Source: Thermoleophilia bacterium
GTDB taxonomy: Bacteria; Actinomycetota; Thermoleophilia; RBG-16-64-13
NCBI GenBank assembly: GCA_026415615.1
Contig: JAOAGT010000005.1
Location: 2,447 to 66,446 of the forward strand
Direction: 5' to 3'
DNA: 64,000 nt
Positions 35,956 through 44,765 of the stretch are shown here, in pieces. The position numbers were made by a program, and so were the translations under genes. The notes under the pieces were generated by a model that saw only the letters and a program-made list of their open reading frames with translations, did no database searches and was not told where the DNA came from. Each line of letters opens with the position of its first letter. Position 1 is the first letter of the stretch.

Positions 35956-37314
35956 TCACCGGCGTCCGATGGCAGCTTGAATCACCTCGGCTAGTTTTCC
36001 GCCTATTCTCTCGGCTTGGGTAATCTCGGAGGCTTCCACCATCACCCGGCAAACGTCCTCCGTCCCGGAGTAACGAATCAGCACACGCCCCTCGTTACCC
36101 AGCTCAGACTTGGCTTGCGCTTGAGCTTCAGACAAGCCAGGGATTTCGTCCAGCGGCGGCTTGCTAGAAACTGGCACGTTAATCAGATGCTGTGGATACA
36201 CTTCCATCCAGTCACGAAGCTCAGACAGAGGCTTTCCCTCTTTGAGCATGACGTCTATGAGCTGCACTGCGGTTAACAAACCGTCGCCGGTGGTGTGATA
36301 GTCGAGCAGCACAACATGTCCGGACTCTTCTCCGCCCAGGTTGCCTTCTAAACGTAGCAGGTCTTCCAACACACGTCGGTCGCCCACCGCTGACTCGTGG
36401 TGAGAAATGCCATACTTGCGACAAGCGGCTCGCAGGCCCATGTTACTCATAACTGTTGAGACCAAAAGATTGTTCCTTAGCCTCCCTTGGCCTTTGAAGT
36501 TCCGAGCTAGGATAAGCAAGATATGGTCCCCAGTTAGTTTGCGGCCTTTTTCATCGACGGCAATGAGACGATCTCCATCGCCGTCCAAGGCAAGGCCCAC
36601 GTCAGCGCCGTGCTCGACAACGGCCTTAATTAACCCGTCCGGATGCTCAGAGCCACAATCTGCGTTTATGTTGATACCGTCTGGCTCTGCCCCTATTTGG
36701 ATTACGTCGGCTCCCAGTTCTAACAGAATTCGCAGACCCACCCGATAAGCGGCGCCGTTAGCGGTATCAAGCACGATTTTAAGTCCGCGGAAATCAGCAC
36801 CATCAGGCAGGGTCTTCTTGACAAACTCGACGTAGCGGGTCTCGGCGTCTGGTAACGCGAGAACCCGCCCCATATCGGCGGGAGCAACGGCAAGCTCAGC
36901 GCCCGCACGTTCAAAGACAACCCGTTCTACCTCGTTTTCTTGCTCGTCGGAGAGCTTCCAGCCTCCGTGGAAAAAGACTTTTATCCCGTTGTCCACGTAC
37001 GGGTTGTGAGATGCAGAGATCGAAATTCCTGCACCCATGTCCAGAGCCCGCGTCAAGAAAGCCACGGCAGGGGTAGGAAGAACACCTCCCAAGTAAACAT
37101 CGACTCCAGCGGAAGCGAGCCCAGCTGCAAGCGCCCCTTCTATCATGTAACCAGAGCGGCGAGTGTCCCGACCAACCACCACTCGGTGGCTAGCCTGGTT
37201 GGAGTTTCTAACTAGAGAGGCAACGGCCTGCCCCAGCGCAAATACGGTCGGCCCATCCAACGGAGCCCGATTAGCTTGTCCACGTACGCCGTCTGTGCCA
37301 AATAGCCTGCCCAT
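35956..37314 (-). CDS. glmM: phosphoglucosamine mutase
   Basis: 452 aa. MGRLFGTDGVRG N-terminus, active-site ISASHNP and DGDGDR metal loop. Confidence 0.96.
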   Translation of the reverse strand: MGRLFGTDGVRGQANRAPLDGPTVFALGQAVASLVRNSNQASHRVVVGRDTRRSGYMIEGALAAGLASAGVDVYLGGVLPTPAVAFLTRALDMGAGISISASHNPYVDNGIKVFFHGGWKLSDEQENEVERVVFERAGAELAVAPADMGRVLALPDAETRYVEFVKKTLPDGADFRGLKIVLDTANGAAYRVGLRILLELGADVIQIGAEPDGININADCGSEHPDGLIKAVVEHGADVGLALDGDGDRLIAVDEKGRKLTGDHILLILARNFKGQGRLRNNLLVSTVMSNMGLRAACRKYGISHHESAVGDRRVLEDLLRLEGNLGGEESGHVVLLDYHTTGDGLLTAVQLIDVMLKEGKPLSELRDWMEVYPQHLINVPVSSKPPLDEIPGLSEAQAQAKSELGNEGRVLIRYSGTEDVCRVMVEASEITQAERIGGKLAEVIQAAIGRR

Positions 37315-37351
37315 CCGCTTCTTCTCCTATTGATGCGCGCCCGGCTCTCTC

Positions 37352-38680
37352 CTATTGGTGGGTGCCCAACTCCCCGACCGAGCGCTCCACGTAGCCTTCC
37401 ACAATGCCACTAAGCCAGGCCACACCCTTTGTGGCCACCTCCTGGGGAAGACCCCTAATCGTCGTCAAATAGTCAGCCTGAGGCTCGACAAACACCTCGA
37501 GAGCCGAGAGGAAATCCTCTTCCAAGTGGGAAACAGAGCCGGCGACGGATTTCGCAACCCCCTCATCGCTGAAAAGGCCACAGACAATCTCGATCTTGCG
37601 CCTTACCGCGTCAGGCTTCCGACTGCCTCCTAAAAAATGCGCGGGGCCAGCGTAGTCATGGGCGGCGGGGCCTGCGGCCCCAAACTCCGCTGGCCCCGCC
37701 GCCCCCACCAGCTCCGCCAGTTCCCTAAGACGCCTAATGCGTTCGTCTGTGGCGCCAGACAACACGGCTAGAGCCTGCTCGTACACAAGCTTCCCCAGGT
37801 CCGTCTGTACCAGGAAGCGGCGTCTTACCTTCTCATACCACGCTCGTAACGCGGCCAGATTAGCCAGATAGTAGAAGTTGTTCCTTAATACTCGACCGAG
37901 CCCTCGAGTTTCCGGCTTCCAATCTCGCTGGCCGGCCTCTGGCATAGAGGCAACCACTAGCCTGCCTGGCTCAAGCACGTCATGCCGCAATATCGACCCT
38001 GCTGCGAGAACGGTCCCGTAAGCCACCCTCACTGGGCCGACTACTCCGCCCTGACCGCCCAAGAAGATCCGCGGCTGCCTGAGCATCACTCCTTGTGGCA
38101 CATCGCCAAACAGGGAGGCCGTGGCCTTGTGTCCAAGCGGCGTGTAGTTGAAATGTACGAAACTACTCCCGACCTCGCTATGGTCCCGGCGGCTCGTCCC
38201 CCCAGCCATCAGGCAGTCACAGAAGTTGACCAGGCTCCCCAGGGTGACGAAGGGGAAAAGAATTGTCTGCTTAAGACCTACACAGTGAGCCCCGCTTGCT
38301 TCCTCTTCAAGTAGACATCCTTCCCGGACATGTGACCCCGATCCTAGAACAACTCTGTCCAAGAAGACTGATGCTCTAAAATAGCCGCCCTTCAGTTCCA
38401 CGCCAGACCCAACAGCGCAGTTCTCCAGGGTAACAGGACCCTCCGCTCCAAGTATGACGCCAGAGCAGACAACTGTATCCTTCCCGTGAATACGACACCC
38501 GGGATAGATGACCAGCCCGTCAGCTGATATCCGATCTAGATCGACTTCGGGTGCTATGTATACAGATTGGGGGTCAGGTACAGTGGCCCCCTTCTCGATT
38601 AGCCGCATTACAGCGAGCGAGTCTCTCTCAATTCCTGCCATGGTCCAACCATCTCGCGTGTGGAACCTGAAATCCGTCAA
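37352..38680 (-). CDS. left-handed beta-helix (hexapeptide-repeat) protein of unknown function
   Basis: 442 aa. About 250 residues of imperfect hexapeptide repeats (VIYPGCRIHGKDTVVCSGVILGAEGPVTLENCAVGSGVEL...), like the GlmU C-terminal fold, then a helical C-terminal domain. 37 nt upstream of glmM. Confidence 0.6.
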   Translation of the reverse strand: MTDFRFHTRDGWTMAGIERDSLAVMRLIEKGATVPDPQSVYIAPEVDLDRISADGLVIYPGCRIHGKDTVVCSGVILGAEGPVTLENCAVGSGVELKGGYFRASVFLDRVVLGSGSHVREGCLLEEEASGAHCVGLKQTILFPFVTLGSLVNFCDCLMAGGTSRRDHSEVGSSFVHFNYTPLGHKATASLFGDVPQGVMLRQPRIFLGGQGGVVGPVRVAYGTVLAAGSILRHDVLEPGRLVVASMPEAGQRDWKPETRGLGRVLRNNFYYLANLAALRAWYEKVRRRFLVQTDLGKLVYEQALAVLSGATDERIRRLRELAELVGAAGPAEFGAAGPAAHDYAGPAHFLGGSRKPDAVRRKIEIVCGLFSDEGVAKSVAGSVSHLEEDFLSALEVFVEPQADYLTTIRGLPQEVATKGVAWLSGIVEGYVERSVGELGTHQ

Positions 38681-38852
38681 ACCTTCCTAGACATTTCCCC
38701 TAAGTCCCCGCCGGGAAGCATCACCCAGACCTGGTCTGTTGTCAAGCGAGACCTCTTCCCCGAGCGCCTGTATCCGTGTAAGTATTGCGTTTGTGGACGC
38801 ACGTGGTCCAGTTTTCGTGTTGGCGAAGGCATCGGGCGCAGCGAGGTGAGAA

Positions 38853-40280
38853 ATGACGACTTTTGCCCCAGAAGATTTCGAAATCCTTTATCCTGGCGTA
38901 TTTAGCGAACGCGAGAAGAAACTCGCCGAACAGTATCTGGCAGACAACCGGGCACTTGAGGAACGTGGCCCGATAGACCCCAGAGCTCTTGCGGCCGGTC
39001 AAGTTCCTCCCGACACTCCGGGAATAGGGCCAAGCTTGGTCGTAACCGAAGACATGGTGCGCTACAACAACAGCAAGTATGATCCGGAAAATCCACTGCT
39101 TCACGACGCGGAGTATGCGAGGCGATTGGGATACAAAGACATACTGGCCATGCCGTGCTTTGGCGCGCATGACGATACATTCATGGTTCCGTATCCCCCG
39201 GAAGCACGCGACACCCTTCTAGTTTCACAACTCAACCACAGTGTGACCACTTACCGGCCGATTTACCCCGGGGATACTCTCTACCTAGTAACCAATCGGC
39301 GCACGCTCACCGACCTTACCCCTCAGGAGGGGTCAATCTACCGCCACCTTGTTATCCGCAGCGAGGGCAGCGTGTATAACCAGAGAGGCGAGAAGGTAAA
39401 TGACACCGTTTGGCGTGTCATGGAAAGCATCAAGGTGTTTAAGCCTGGGCGGCGTCCGGCCCACATGACTTTTGCCGACATATGGGAAGCGCCTGAATGG
39501 ACCAGACGCCCCGCTCACTACTATACCGACCAGGACTGGGAAACCATCATTGATCTTTGGTCAAACGAAAAAAGACGCGGAGAAGACCCGCTGTATTGGG
39601 AGGACGTTGAGATAGGCGAACAGCCCGCCTGGACAGTTGACGGGCCCATCATTGAATCTGTAATGCCCACCACCCCCTACGGAATGGGCACCGGCGGAAG
39701 CCGGACCTTAAGGAAAGAGATTCTGGATCCTGTCCTTCGCCAGAATCTTGTTCGCGGTGAAGCCGACGGCATTTACCGGACACCAAATCCAGCCGACCAA
39801 ATCCCGCCTGTGCCCGAGAACCAGGGTGTGGTAACCGAGATCCCGTCCCTCGAAGAGGCAGGGGCAGTGGATACCCGGGACATTCACAAGGGCTCTCCCT
39901 CTGCTCGTGCTCCCCTGATCAACTTTATGGGCCGTGACATTGCCATCAGGCACATAAACAACTGGATGGGAGATCGGGGTTGGCTCTACAACATCCGGTG
40001 GGGCATAATGCCCCCCGAAACCATGGCGGCGTATGGAAAGCCAGTGCCCGCCAACCCTGACGCACCGCGTTTCCTTGACGCGGTGCCCCACATGCGCGGC
40101 CGGTACGCAGAGATCCACGGTTTGACGGGGGATCTAGCCATTGTTAAGTCGTACGTCTATGCCAAGTACGTACAAGACGGGCATTTCCTGGTTGACCTAG
40201 CTTGGTGGATAGAGACAATTACTGGAGAGATCTGGCTCACCGGCGGCGCGACCGTGCGGCTGCCGTCGCGACGGGTGTGA
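38853..40280 (+). CDS. MaoC-like (R)-hydratase / double hot-dog fold protein
   Basis: 475 aa. The hydratase-type motif YDPENPLLHD follows the [YF]..GD.NP.H pattern. The size is consistent with two hot-dog domains. Confidence 0.6.
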   Translation: MTTFAPEDFEILYPGVFSEREKKLAEQYLADNRALEERGPIDPRALAAGQVPPDTPGIGPSLVVTEDMVRYNNSKYDPENPLLHDAEYARRLGYKDILAMPCFGAHDDTFMVPYPPEARDTLLVSQLNHSVTTYRPIYPGDTLYLVTNRRTLTDLTPQEGSIYRHLVIRSEGSVYNQRGEKVNDTVWRVMESIKVFKPGRRPAHMTFADIWEAPEWTRRPAHYYTDQDWETIIDLWSNEKRRGEDPLYWEDVEIGEQPAWTVDGPIIESVMPTTPYGMGTGGSRTLRKEILDPVLRQNLVRGEADGIYRTPNPADQIPPVPENQGVVTEIPSLEEAGAVDTRDIHKGSPSARAPLINFMGRDIAIRHINNWMGDRGWLYNIRWGIMPPETMAAYGKPVPANPDAPRFLDAVPHMRGRYAEIHGLTGDLAIVKSYVYAKYVQDGHFLVDLAWWIETITGEIWLTGGATVRLPSRRV

Positions 40281-40290
40281 TAGGTAGGTG

Positions 40291-40330
40291 GCTGAGGGGC
40301 GGCGCTCCTTGCGGAGCGCCGCCCCTCAGC
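40291..40330. terminator. perfect 18-bp GC-rich hairpin between convergent genes
   Basis: GCTGAGGGGCGGCGCTCC ttgc GGAGCGCCGCCCCTCAGC, ending immediately before the ABC exporter stop codon. No U-tract. Confidence 0.4.
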
Positions 40331-42352
40331 TCATGATGCCTCCACCAAGGCCTCTACAAACTGACTGTTATAAAGCTCGTAGTAGAACCCCCGTCGCGCA
40401 AGCAGCTCCTGGTGGGTACCCTGCTCAACAATCGCCCCCTGATTCATCACCAAGATCACATCAGCCTCACGCACCGTGGACAGCCGATGAGCTATGACAA
40501 AGCTTGTTCTTCCTCTTAGCAATCTAGCCATTGCCCGCTGGATCAGGACCTCTGTCCGCGTGTCTACCGAGCTTGTGGCCTCATCCAGGATCAAAATCTG
40601 CGGATCGACTAGAAACGCCCTTGCAATGGTGATAAGTTGCCGTTCGCCCTGGGAAATGTTGCTGGAATCCTCCTCGATCACTGTGTCGTAACCCATGGGC
40701 AAGGTCTTTATGAAATGGTCGACGTGAGCCGCCTCGGCTGCACGCTTTATTTCCTCCCATGTGGCGTCACTCTTCCCGTATGCTATGTTCTCCCTGATCG
40801 TTCCGGTGAACAGCCAGGCGTCCTGCAGTACCATGCCAAACAGGCGACGGAGTTCCTCGCGCCGCATCTCACGTATGTCTACCCCGTCAATCCTTATGCT
40901 TCCCTTATCGATCTCGTAAAAGCGCATGAGAAGGTTGACCAGGGTTGTCTTTCCGGCCCCGGTAGGGCCGACGATGGCGACTGTCTGCCCAGGCAGCACC
41001 TCCAAGTTAAGATTCTCAATAAGAGGTTTGTCAGGCAGGTACCGGAACGAGACGTTCTCGAAAACGATGTGACCTTGAACACTGGTCAGCCTTAGCGGCC
41101 GAGCTACGTCGGGCTCCTCTTCCTCCTCGTCCAGAATCTCAAACACCCGCTCAGCAGAAGCCACCGCTGACTGTAGAACATTCGCCACACTGGCCACTTG
41201 CGCTACCGGCTGGCCAAACTGTTGCACATACTGAATGAATGCCTGCACGTCTCCCAAGCTCATGGACCCGCTGGCCACTCGCATTCCGCCTAATACACAC
41301 ACTCCCACGTAATTGAGGTTGTTGATGAACATCATTAGCGGCATGATGATGCTGGAGATAAACTGGGCCTTGTAGCTAGCCTCATATAATCCCTGGTTGT
41401 GTTGGTCAAACCGGGCTATAGCTTCGCTCTGCCGGCCGAACACTTTAACGATGTTGTGCCCGGTGAACATCTCTTCCACATGGCCGTTCAAGTCACCTGT
41501 GCGCTCCCACTGAAGAGCAAACTGCTTCTGCGAACGCTTAGCCACCAGTGTGGCGAACGTCACAGACACTGGCAATGTGCATACGGTGATCAGAGCCAGC
41601 GTCGGACTTATCCAGAACATCATCCCTAAAACCCCAAACACCGTGAGGATGGCATGGATCATCTGGGTTAGCACTTGCTGCATCGTGAGTTGAATATTGT
41701 CGATATCGTTGGTCACGCGGCTAAGAACATCGCCACGGGCGTGACCATCGAAAAACCGGAGTGGTAGGCGACCGATTTTTTGATCCACGTCTTGCCTTAG
41801 CCGATAAGCAGTCCGCTGGACCACTCCAGCCATGAGATATCCCTGCAGCCAGGCAAACAAGGCGCTTATCAAGTACATTGCCGCCACGATGGCGATGACT
41901 TTGCCAACCGCCGCAAAGTCCACCCCGCTCCCCGGGTGCAGATTCATCGAGCTAAGCATGCTGGCCAACTTCTCCTGACCGCTTGCCTCCAATTGAGTCA
42001 CTATTTGCTCTTTGGTCACCCCGGCGGGCAAATGCTTGCTGATGGCACCCTCAAAGATCAGGTTAGTGGCGCGGGCAAGGATCTTTGGACCCGCTATACC
42101 GCAGGCCACGCTGATTACCCCCAGACTTATCACCACAGCCAAGAGGTGCCACTCGGGCCTAAGCCTGGCCACCAACCGCTTGAAGGAGCCCTTGAAATCC
42201 TTGGCTTTTTGACCAGTGCCAATCAGACCGGGAGGTCCGGGGGGACGTGGTCCGCCGCCTCGCCCGCGGGCAAATGGGCCTTGAGCAGGCAACTGTAGAC
42301 GGCTAGATGCGCGCCCGTTGTCTCCTGTGCTGCCTGGCCGGTTTGAACTCAT
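40331..42352 (-). CDS. ABC exporter permease/ATPase subunit (consensus-site half of heterodimer)
   Basis: Six-TM domain plus NBD with Walker A GPTGAGKTT, signature ISQGERQ and Walker B ILILDEATS (catalytic Glu present). Start set at ATG 42352, overlapping the upstream stop (ATGA). The N-terminal ~60 residues are G/P/R-rich. Confidence 0.9.
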   Translation of the reverse strand: MSSNRPGSTGDNGRASSRLQLPAQGPFARGRGGGPRPPGPPGLIGTGQKAKDFKGSFKRLVARLRPEWHLLAVVISLGVISVACGIAGPKILARATNLIFEGAISKHLPAGVTKEQIVTQLEASGQEKLASMLSSMNLHPGSGVDFAAVGKVIAIVAAMYLISALFAWLQGYLMAGVVQRTAYRLRQDVDQKIGRLPLRFFDGHARGDVLSRVTNDIDNIQLTMQQVLTQMIHAILTVFGVLGMMFWISPTLALITVCTLPVSVTFATLVAKRSQKQFALQWERTGDLNGHVEEMFTGHNIVKVFGRQSEAIARFDQHNQGLYEASYKAQFISSIIMPLMMFINNLNYVGVCVLGGMRVASGSMSLGDVQAFIQYVQQFGQPVAQVASVANVLQSAVASAERVFEILDEEEEEPDVARPLRLTSVQGHIVFENVSFRYLPDKPLIENLNLEVLPGQTVAIVGPTGAGKTTLVNLLMRFYEIDKGSIRIDGVDIREMRREELRRLFGMVLQDAWLFTGTIRENIAYGKSDATWEEIKRAAEAAHVDHFIKTLPMGYDTVIEEDSSNISQGERQLITIARAFLVDPQILILDEATSSVDTRTEVLIQRAMARLLRGRTSFVIAHRLSTVREADVILVMNQGAIVEQGTHQELLARRGFYYELYNSQFVEALVEAS

Positions 42353-44094
42353 GCCGCCTCCTCGGCTGACAGTTGAGAGTAAACGATCTCTTGATAGGTC
42401 TGGCACGACTCCAGTAGCTCCTCGTGAGTGCCTAGACCAGCTATCGCACCGTTTTCTAACACCAAGATCTGATCCGCGTGTCTGATAGTGCTCACGCGCT
42501 GAGCAACTATGAACACTGTGGCATGAGCAAGCTCGTGCTTGAGGGCAGCACGCAAAAGAGAATCCGTCTTGAAATCAAGAGCCGAGAAGCAGTCATCAAA
42601 CACATAGACGTCAGCTTTCTTCACCAACGCCCGCGCGATGGCTAGTCTCTGCCGTTGTCCACCCGAAACGTTGGTACCGCCCTGAGTGATAGGCTCGTCC
42701 AGCCCTCCGGGCATGGCCTCCACAAATTCCTTGGCCTGAGCAACGGCTAACGCGTGCCACAGCTCCTCCTCGGTTGCGGCCTCATTGCCATACCGAAGAT
42801 TGCTTGCCACCGTGCCTGAGAAGAGAAAAGCTCTCTGGGGAACAAATCCGATACGGCGCCACAGTTCTTGGCGGTCAACCTCTCTGATATCCATCCCGTC
42901 AAGCAGAATAGCCCCGGCGGTGACGTCGTATAGGCGAGGAATCAGGTTTACCAGAGTAGACTTACCGCTACCGGTACTACCAACAATGGCTGTGGTTTGG
43001 CCAGGTAAAGCCACAAAAGAAATCTTTTGCAAGACAGGTTCCTCTGCTCCGGGATAGCGAAACTCCACATCGCGAAACTCCACTACGCCCCTTCGCTTCC
43101 CATCCCCGCTAGTAGTAAACAACTTCGGCTTGGGTGGGTCAGTGATCGAGGGTTCGGTCTCCAGAACCTCTCGAATCCGTGTCGCCGCGGCAGCCGCCCG
43201 AGGGATAAAGGAAGAGAGCATAGTAGCCATCACCACGGAAATGAGTATCTGCATTACGTACGAAAGAAAGGCAGTTAGGTTGCCGATCGGCATACCCCCG
43301 CTGTCCACCCTGTAAGCGCCAAAATAGAGAATGCTGACCGTGGATAGGTTGAGGATTCCAAACAGACAGGGAAACATCAGAGCAAAAAGACGCATCACGC
43401 GCAGACCTACGTCGGTCAGCTCCTGGTTTGCCTGCTCAAAACGTCTCTCCTCGTGCTCTGTGCGCGCAAACGCGCGAATTACTCTGACCCCAGTTAGCTT
43501 TTCCCTCATGACTTGATTGATTCGGTCCAGCTTCTTTTGCATGGACTGAAAGAGCGGGATTGCCCGACTGATGATGACCCCTAAGACCAAGCCCATCAAC
43601 GGAAGGATCACCGCAAGCGTGAGAGAAAGAGGACCGTCTTGTCGCACAGCCATGATCAAACCGCCGATGCCCATCATGGGGGCAAAAAGCAGCATGGTAA
43701 GGCCAATGGCGACCATCATTTGCACCTGCTGCACGTCGTTAGTGTTCCGGGTGATAAGCGAGGGCGCGCCAAAGCGGTTGACCTCAGCGAGGGAAAAGCT
43801 CTGGACCTTGCGAAACAGAGCAGCTCGAACATCACGCCCGAAAGCCATAGCTGTACGAGCCGCGAAGTAGGCGGAGGTCACGACACAACCCGCCTGTAGA
43901 AACGCCACCAGCAGCATATAGCCGCCCATTATGGCGATGTACTTGGTGTCGCCCTTGACCACACCGTTGTTGATGATCTTGGCGTTAAGCGTAGGCAGGT
44001 ACAGGTTGGCGATCGCCTGAACCAGCACAAAACAGACTATAAGAACAACTCTTCGCCAGTATGGCCTAAGGTAAGTAAAAAGGAGAGTTTTCAC
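42349..44094 (-). CDS. ABC exporter permease/ATPase subunit (degenerate-site half of heterodimer)
   Basis: Walker A GSTGSGKST, signature VSGGQRQR, Walker B VYVFDDCFS with Asp in place of the catalytic Glu. This is typical of the asymmetric heterodimeric exporters (LmrCD, BmrCD and TM287/288 type). Confidence 0.9.
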   Translation of the reverse strand: MKTLLFTYLRPYWRRVVLIVCFVLVQAIANLYLPTLNAKIINNGVVKGDTKYIAIMGGYMLLVAFLQAGCVVTSAYFAARTAMAFGRDVRAALFRKVQSFSLAEVNRFGAPSLITRNTNDVQQVQMMVAIGLTMLLFAPMMGIGGLIMAVRQDGPLSLTLAVILPLMGLVLGVIISRAIPLFQSMQKKLDRINQVMREKLTGVRVIRAFARTEHEERRFEQANQELTDVGLRVMRLFALMFPCLFGILNLSTVSILYFGAYRVDSGGMPIGNLTAFLSYVMQILISVVMATMLSSFIPRAAAAATRIREVLETEPSITDPPKPKLFTTSGDGKRRGVVEFRDVEFRYPGAEEPVLQKISFVALPGQTTAIVGSTGSGKSTLVNLIPRLYDVTAGAILLDGMDIREVDRQELWRRIGFVPQRAFLFSGTVASNLRYGNEAATEEELWHALAVAQAKEFVEAMPGGLDEPITQGGTNVSGGQRQRLAIARALVKKADVYVFDDCFSALDFKTDSLLRAALKHELAHATVFIVAQRVSTIRHADQILVLENGAIAGLGTHEELLESCQTYQEIVYSQLSAEEAA

Positions 44095-44621
44095 TTCTCC
44101 CGGTCTCCTTCCTCTCGGCTTATCCCTAGAAGTTCCTCGGTCTTCTGCGCCACCTTCTCCAGCAGTCGTTCGAGTTCGCGGCGCTCATCCTCTGGAAGCG
44201 CACCCAGGGTCTGGCTGACGAAATCTTCTAGGAAAGCGCGGTGCCTTTGTTCGCGCTCTCGCCCCTGTTCGGTCACAAACACTCGGACAACGCGGCGGTC
44301 GCTCTCGTCAACCTGGCGAATGATAGCCCCTGACTCTTCCAAAGAGCGAAGTAGCATGCTTACCCGCGGAGGAGAGAGGTGCAGAATTTTGCAGAGTTCG
44401 TGCTGAGTGATTCCCTCGTGAGTGCTGAGAAGATGCAACGCAAACGCTTCCTGAGGTGGCACGCCCCGAGAAGCTATGTTGCGAGACATGGCGAGACGAT
44501 GAAGATGCATAACCCGCGCGAGAGCTTGAAAAACCCGCACGGTGACCGGATCAACACGCTCGAACTGCGGTTTTGGGGGCAAAAACTTTCCTGCTTTTTC
44601 CTCGTACCGTTGGCTGATCAC
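44091..44621 (-). CDS. MarR family transcriptional regulator
   Basis: 176 aa winged-helix (ITQHELCKILHLSPPRVSMLLRSLEESGAIIRQVDESDRR). 4-nt overlap with the first ABC gene. Confidence 0.88.
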   Translation of the reverse strand: MISQRYEEKAGKFLPPKPQFERVDPVTVRVFQALARVMHLHRLAMSRNIASRGVPPQEAFALHLLSTHEGITQHELCKILHLSPPRVSMLLRSLEESGAIIRQVDESDRRVVRVFVTEQGREREQRHRAFLEDFVSQTLGALPEDERRELERLLEKVAQKTEELLGISREEGDREK

Positions 44622-44765
44622 CGACAGCTCCCGCTCAGGTCTAGATCGTTTCGGGCGAAATAGTTTTGCACAAAACGAATGATGCCGTCAAGCCATTGGC
44701 ATCATCAAGCCATTTCACAGTCAGTGGTTGACGACTCGGCCTCTGACGTCTAGAGTTTCTTACCC

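Noticed and set aside
38742-39170. 142-aa minus-strand ORF upstream of and overlapping the MaoC-like gene
   Set aside because: It overlaps the well-supported plus-strand hydratase gene (YDPENPLLHD motif). Its translation is R/C/W-rich and lacks an SD.
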